34,249 bases of DNA from Synergistaceae bacterium (lineage in GTDB: Bacteria; Synergistota; Synergistia; Synergistales; Synergistaceae): contig JAUNSQ010000002.1 of NCBI GenBank assembly GCA_030539135.1, forward strand, positions 1 through 34,249, read 5' to 3'. Positions 31,210 to 34,249 of this stretch are shown piece by piece (positions within the stretch are counted from its first letter, which is position 1; the number at the start of each line of letters is the position of its first letter). The notes under the pieces are model-generated. The model ran no database searches. It saw only the letters and a list, made by a program, of their open reading frames with translations, and had not been told where the DNA came from. The translations under genes and the position numbers were made by a program.

Positions 31210-32384
31210 GCGGGCTGCTTCGGCGCAAATCGGTGATAGCTTTTATCATGATATGTATTGTCGGCTTTGCTGGCCCGGCGTTCATTGGCGGCCATCCGCA
31301 CGACGCCGTCGGCGCGCCCTTCGCGAGGCCGATATGGTGGAACGCGAAACTATCCTCTACGGTAAAAATAAATTTGGATGAAAAGGGAGCTAAACTTGAA
31401 TGGACGAAACTCCCACCAGCGATCTTCTCCCTAACCGGCGAGATAAAGGCTGACCCGAATAGCGCCGTATCGATAATCTGGCGCACGCCGAAGGGCGAAT
31501 ACAAACTCGCCGGGATGACCGGGCGGCCGTCCTACTGGCTCAACATGGACGGGCGCGACATGATATTCAAGCAGTCGCTGGGGCTTCCTCTTATCGGCAA
31601 AAGCGTAGAATACCTTTTCCCGTGCACGGGCAAATATTCCCTGTCGATAGACGGAGCTTCCGCCGCCGACCTGACGCTCTCTCTTCCGGGCGCGAGACAC
31701 GGACTGCTCGGGACTGACCAGAGAGGCCGCGACGTTTTTACAATGTTTATCTACGGGATAAGGACTTCGCTCATCGTCGGCATTTGCGCCACGATAATAG
31801 CCTGCGTGCTGGGGCTTGGCTTTGGGCTCGCCGCGGGCTACGTCGGCGGCATGACCGACGCGCTGATAATGCGCTCGGTCGATATCCTGCTCTCTATCCC
31901 GACGCTGCCGATACTTATGGTGCTTGCCGGGATATGGGGCAAGGGGCTTTGGCAGCTTGTGCTCATACTATCCATATTCTCATGGATGGGCACCGCGCGT
32001 TCCGTGCGCTCAATGGTCCTCACAGTTCGCGAAAGTCCTTGGGTAGAGGGGCTTAGGGCGCTTGGAGCGAAGCGCGGCTACATACTTTGGCGGCATCTGG
32101 TGCCGGAGACGGCCCCGATAATGCTGGCCAACCTCGCGCTCGGCGTACCCGGAGCGATACTTTCTGAGGCGGGGCTCGCCTTCCTTGGCCTGTCAGACCC
32201 GCGCCTCATATCGTGGGGGCGCATGCTCCATGAGGCCCATTCTTTTGGGGCGTTCACCGAAGGCGCGTGGTGGCTGCTGCTGCCTCCCGGCATCGGCGTA
32301 GTCGCGGTATGCCTTATATTTATGGATATCGGGCGTTATCTCGAAGAGAAGATCGACCCGCGACTTGGAGGCGGACGCCCATGA
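31206..32384 (+). CDS. ABC transporter permease (DppC/OppC-like) with an extracytoplasmic insert of about 130 aa after TM1
   Basis: TM1 spans residues ~10-28 and the canonical LGTDQRGRDVF motif appears only at residue ~170. The C-terminal core is typical of DppC. Confidence 0.85.
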   Translation: MSGLLRRKSVIAFIMICIVGFAGPAFIGGHPHDAVGAPFARPIWWNAKLSSTVKINLDEKGAKLEWTKLPPAIFSLTGEIKADPNSAVSIIWRTPKGEYKLAGMTGRPSYWLNMDGRDMIFKQSLGLPLIGKSVEYLFPCTGKYSLSIDGASAADLTLSLPGARHGLLGTDQRGRDVFTMFIYGIRTSLIVGICATIIACVLGLGFGLAAGYVGGMTDALIMRSVDILLSIPTLPILMVLAGIWGKGLWQLVLILSIFSWMGTARSVRSMVLTVRESPWVEGLRALGAKRGYILWRHLVPETAPIMLANLALGVPGAILSEAGLAFLGLSDPRLISWGRMLHEAHSFGAFTEGAWWLLLPPGIGVVAVCLIFMDIGRYLEEKIDPRLGGGRP

Positions 32385-33136
32385 TAGAATTTCGCGACCT
32401 AACCGTGCGTTATGCTGGTTCCGCGAGCGACGCCGTCAAGGGCGTGTCGTTCACGCTTGAGGACGGGACGTTCACAGGGCTCATCGGCGAATCCGGGAGC
32501 GGCAAGAGCACAATTGTAGGCTCCGCGCTTCGGATACTGCCAAGGGATACGTCTGTAAAAGGAAATATCATTATTGACGGCAAGGACTTGCTCGCTCTCG
32601 GCGAGGAAGAACTCCGTCGCGTTCGTTGGAAAGATATGGCGCTTGTTCCGCAGGGGGCGATGAATTCCTTTACCCCTGTTATTACGATTGGGAGACATAT
32701 AACGGAAACGATATCAACGCACGAAACGGAATGCCGGGCCGATATGAATGAGACAATAGACAGGCTGCTCAATGAAGTCGGCCTTGACGCGCCGGTGAAA
32801 GACAAATACCCTCACGAGCTGTCCGGCGGGCAGAAGCAGCGCGCCGCTATCGCGCTCGCTCTGTCGTGTTCTCCAAGCCTGCTGTTCGCCGACGAACCTA
32901 CCACCGCCCTTGACGTAGTGACTCAGGCCGGAGTGCTGAAACTGCTGGCTGGACTCCAGGAGAAGAAATCTCTGACGGTTCTGCTGGTTACGCACGACCT
33001 CCCCTTGGCCGCGTCGGTCTGCGGCAGGCTGCTTGTCATGAAAGACGGCGAGATAGTCGAGAGCGGGACGCCGCGCGAGATAATCACCGACCCGCGCCAT
33101 GAGCATACGAAAGCCCTCGTCAGGTCGATGCTTTAA
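32381..33136 (+). CDS. ABC transporter ATP-binding protein (DppD/OppD-like)
   Basis: Walker A GESGSGKST, signature LSGGQKQR, Walker B LLFADEPTTALD. ATGA overlap with the upstream gene. Confidence 0.9.
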   Translation: MIEFRDLTVRYAGSASDAVKGVSFTLEDGTFTGLIGESGSGKSTIVGSALRILPRDTSVKGNIIIDGKDLLALGEEELRRVRWKDMALVPQGAMNSFTPVITIGRHITETISTHETECRADMNETIDRLLNEVGLDAPVKDKYPHELSGGQKQRAAIALALSCSPSLLFADEPTTALDVVTQAGVLKLLAGLQEKKSLTVLLVTHDLPLAASVCGRLLVMKDGEIVESGTPREIITDPRHEHTKALVRSML

Positions 33137-33143
33137 GGTGGAC

Positions 33144-33941
33144 ATGATGGACATATCGCGGGAAATACTGAACGTAAAAAATCTAAGCGTGAGATTCAAA
33201 TCGAAGAACGGCCTAGTTCACACGGCGGTCGATGACATATCGCTGACGCTGCGAGACGGCGACGTGACGGCGCTCGTAGGCGAATCCGGCAGCGGAAAGA
33301 CGACGCTTGCGCGCGCAGTGATGGGCCTTGTTGAGAGGGCGGCCGGCACGGTCAGCCTGTTTGGGAAAGACACCTCCGCCCTGAATGCGGAGGAGTTCAA
33401 CGAGCTGCGCCGCATGTGCGGCTACATACCGCAAGACCCTTATGGGGCCATCCCTCCCGGACTGTCGGCGCTTGACGCCGTGACAGAACCGGCCGTCATA
33501 GCGCGCAGGTACGCGAGGTACGCGAGGGACGAAAGGGAGCTTAGGGCGCGCCTGCTGTTAAAGGAGCTGGGGCTTGACGACGAAAGGATATTGAGATCGC
33601 GGGCCGTGGGGCTTTCAGGCGGACAGAGGCAGAGGGTAGAGATAGCCCGAGCGCTGATGCTGTCGCCAAAGCTGCTGATCTGCGACGAGCCGACGTCGAT
33701 GCAGGACGTCTCGACGCGCGGGGAGATAATCGAAGTTCTATACAAGCGGGTCTCAGAGGGCATGTCGATGATATTCATAACGCACGACCTCTTGTTAGCC
33801 GGCCGCGCCGCGAAATCTATTCTTGTTATGAAAGACGGGCGGCTCTGCGAATACGGAAGCGCCTCAGACGTGCTGAACCGCCCTAAGCACGAATATACAA
33901 GGGCCCTGCTTGACGCCGTGCCGAGAAATAAATTTATCTAA
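33144..33941 (+). CDS. ABC transporter ATP-binding protein (DppF/OppF-like)
   Basis: Walker A GESGSGKTT, signature LSGGQRQR, Walker B LLICDEPTSMQD. TAAGGTGG SD. Confidence 0.9.
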   Translation: MMDISREILNVKNLSVRFKSKNGLVHTAVDDISLTLRDGDVTALVGESGSGKTTLARAVMGLVERAAGTVSLFGKDTSALNAEEFNELRRMCGYIPQDPYGAIPPGLSALDAVTEPAVIARRYARYARDERELRARLLLKELGLDDERILRSRAVGLSGGQRQRVEIARALMLSPKLLICDEPTSMQDVSTRGEIIEVLYKRVSEGMSMIFITHDLLLAGRAAKSILVMKDGRLCEYGSASDVLNRPKHEYTRALLDAVPRNKFI

Positions 33942-34002
33942 GGCCGTTTATCTGTTAAAATCATGTGGAAGAAATTAAACTTGTTGCTAAGGGGTGGTAG
34001 TA

Positions 34003-34249
34003 TTGTCATTTTTTAAAGAGTTTAAAGAATTCGCTATGCGCGGGAACGTCCTGGACCTCGCGGTCGGCGTCATAATCGGCGGAGCGTTCGGCAAGATAGT
34101 CTCGTCCCTCGTGTCCGATATCCTGATGCCGCCGCTGGGGATGCTGATGGGCGAGGTCGACCTTTCAAACATGTTCATCAATTTGTCAGGGACCCACTTC
34201 AAGACCCTGGCCGAGGCAAAAGCGGCAGGCGCGCCCGTCATCAGCTACG
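34003..34249 (+). CDS. mscL: large-conductance mechanosensitive channel, N-terminal part (runs off the window end)
   Basis: (M)[45 protein letters not shown] is nearly identical in pattern to E. coli MscL ([46 protein letters not shown]). TTG start after AAGGGGTGG. Confidence 0.9.
   Translation, partial: MSFFKEFKEFAMRGNVLDLAVGVIIGGAFGKIVSSLVSDILMPPLGMLMGEVDLSNMFINLSGTHFKTLAEAKAAGAPVISY

Noticed and set aside
1-34249. CRISPR arrays, prophage, or defence or toxin-antitoxin islands
   Set aside because: There are no regularly spaced direct repeats and no phage structural or integrase genes. The only nuclease-like genes are the DUF559 cassette and the RAYT, both reported separately. The rest of the window is housekeeping metabolism and transport.

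Overview
This 34.2-kb window looks like core chromosome from a fairly GC-rich anaerobic diderm bacterium. The gene content would fit an amino-acid-fermenting lineage such as Synergistota: a FadL-type outer-membrane protein, a four-subunit 2-oxoacid:ferredoxin oxidoreductase, and many amino-acid, peptide and nucleobase transporters. That lineage assignment is inference only. I can support about 33 protein-coding genes:
- Envelope genes: partial rfbB, a DUF218 protein, alr, and a WbpP-like epimerase.
- An orphan pilin-like gene, a K+/H+ antiporter, and a CarD-like gene pair.
- A solo RAYT/IS200-like Y1 transposase.
- A PTS-EIIC-like protein, a SemiSWEET-like protein, an Rrf2 regulator, and FadL.
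- A DUF559 cassette and a DUF2284 protein.
- A PEPCK-like gene, a sodium:solute symporter with a mini-subunit, a nitroreductase, a MATE transporter, hom, a DEAD-box helicase, and an NCS2 permease.
- An OFOR gamma-delta-alpha-beta operon, a stand-alone trpB, a short LacI-like regulator, a 5-gene Opp/Dpp-type ABC system, and partial mscL.

I found no rRNA, tRNA, CRISPR array, prophage or obvious defence island.

The most interesting signal lies below the 60-aa cut-off of the ORF track. Three intergenic leaders each combine a near-consensus promoter, an SD-preceded mini-ORF with a run of one amino-acid codon, and a strong intrinsic terminator just upstream of the regulated genes:
- A YYYvYsY run precedes the symporter.
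- An IIIII run precedes the 2-oxoacid:ferredoxin oxidoreductase operon.
- A WWW run precedes the orphan trpB.

For the Ile and Trp leaders, an alternative antiterminator pairing can be read directly from the sequence. Together they suggest ribosome-mediated attenuation wired to uptake or salvage genes rather than to classical biosynthetic operons.

Other notable items:
- A circularly permuted family-5 solute-binding protein.
- A DUF559 gene bracketed by inverted copies of a structured element of about 42 nt with a covarying hairpin.
- An epimerase whose catalytic YxxxK tyrosine is Phe.
- A half-size LacI-family protein.

All function calls rest on motif recognition by eye. No database search was run.
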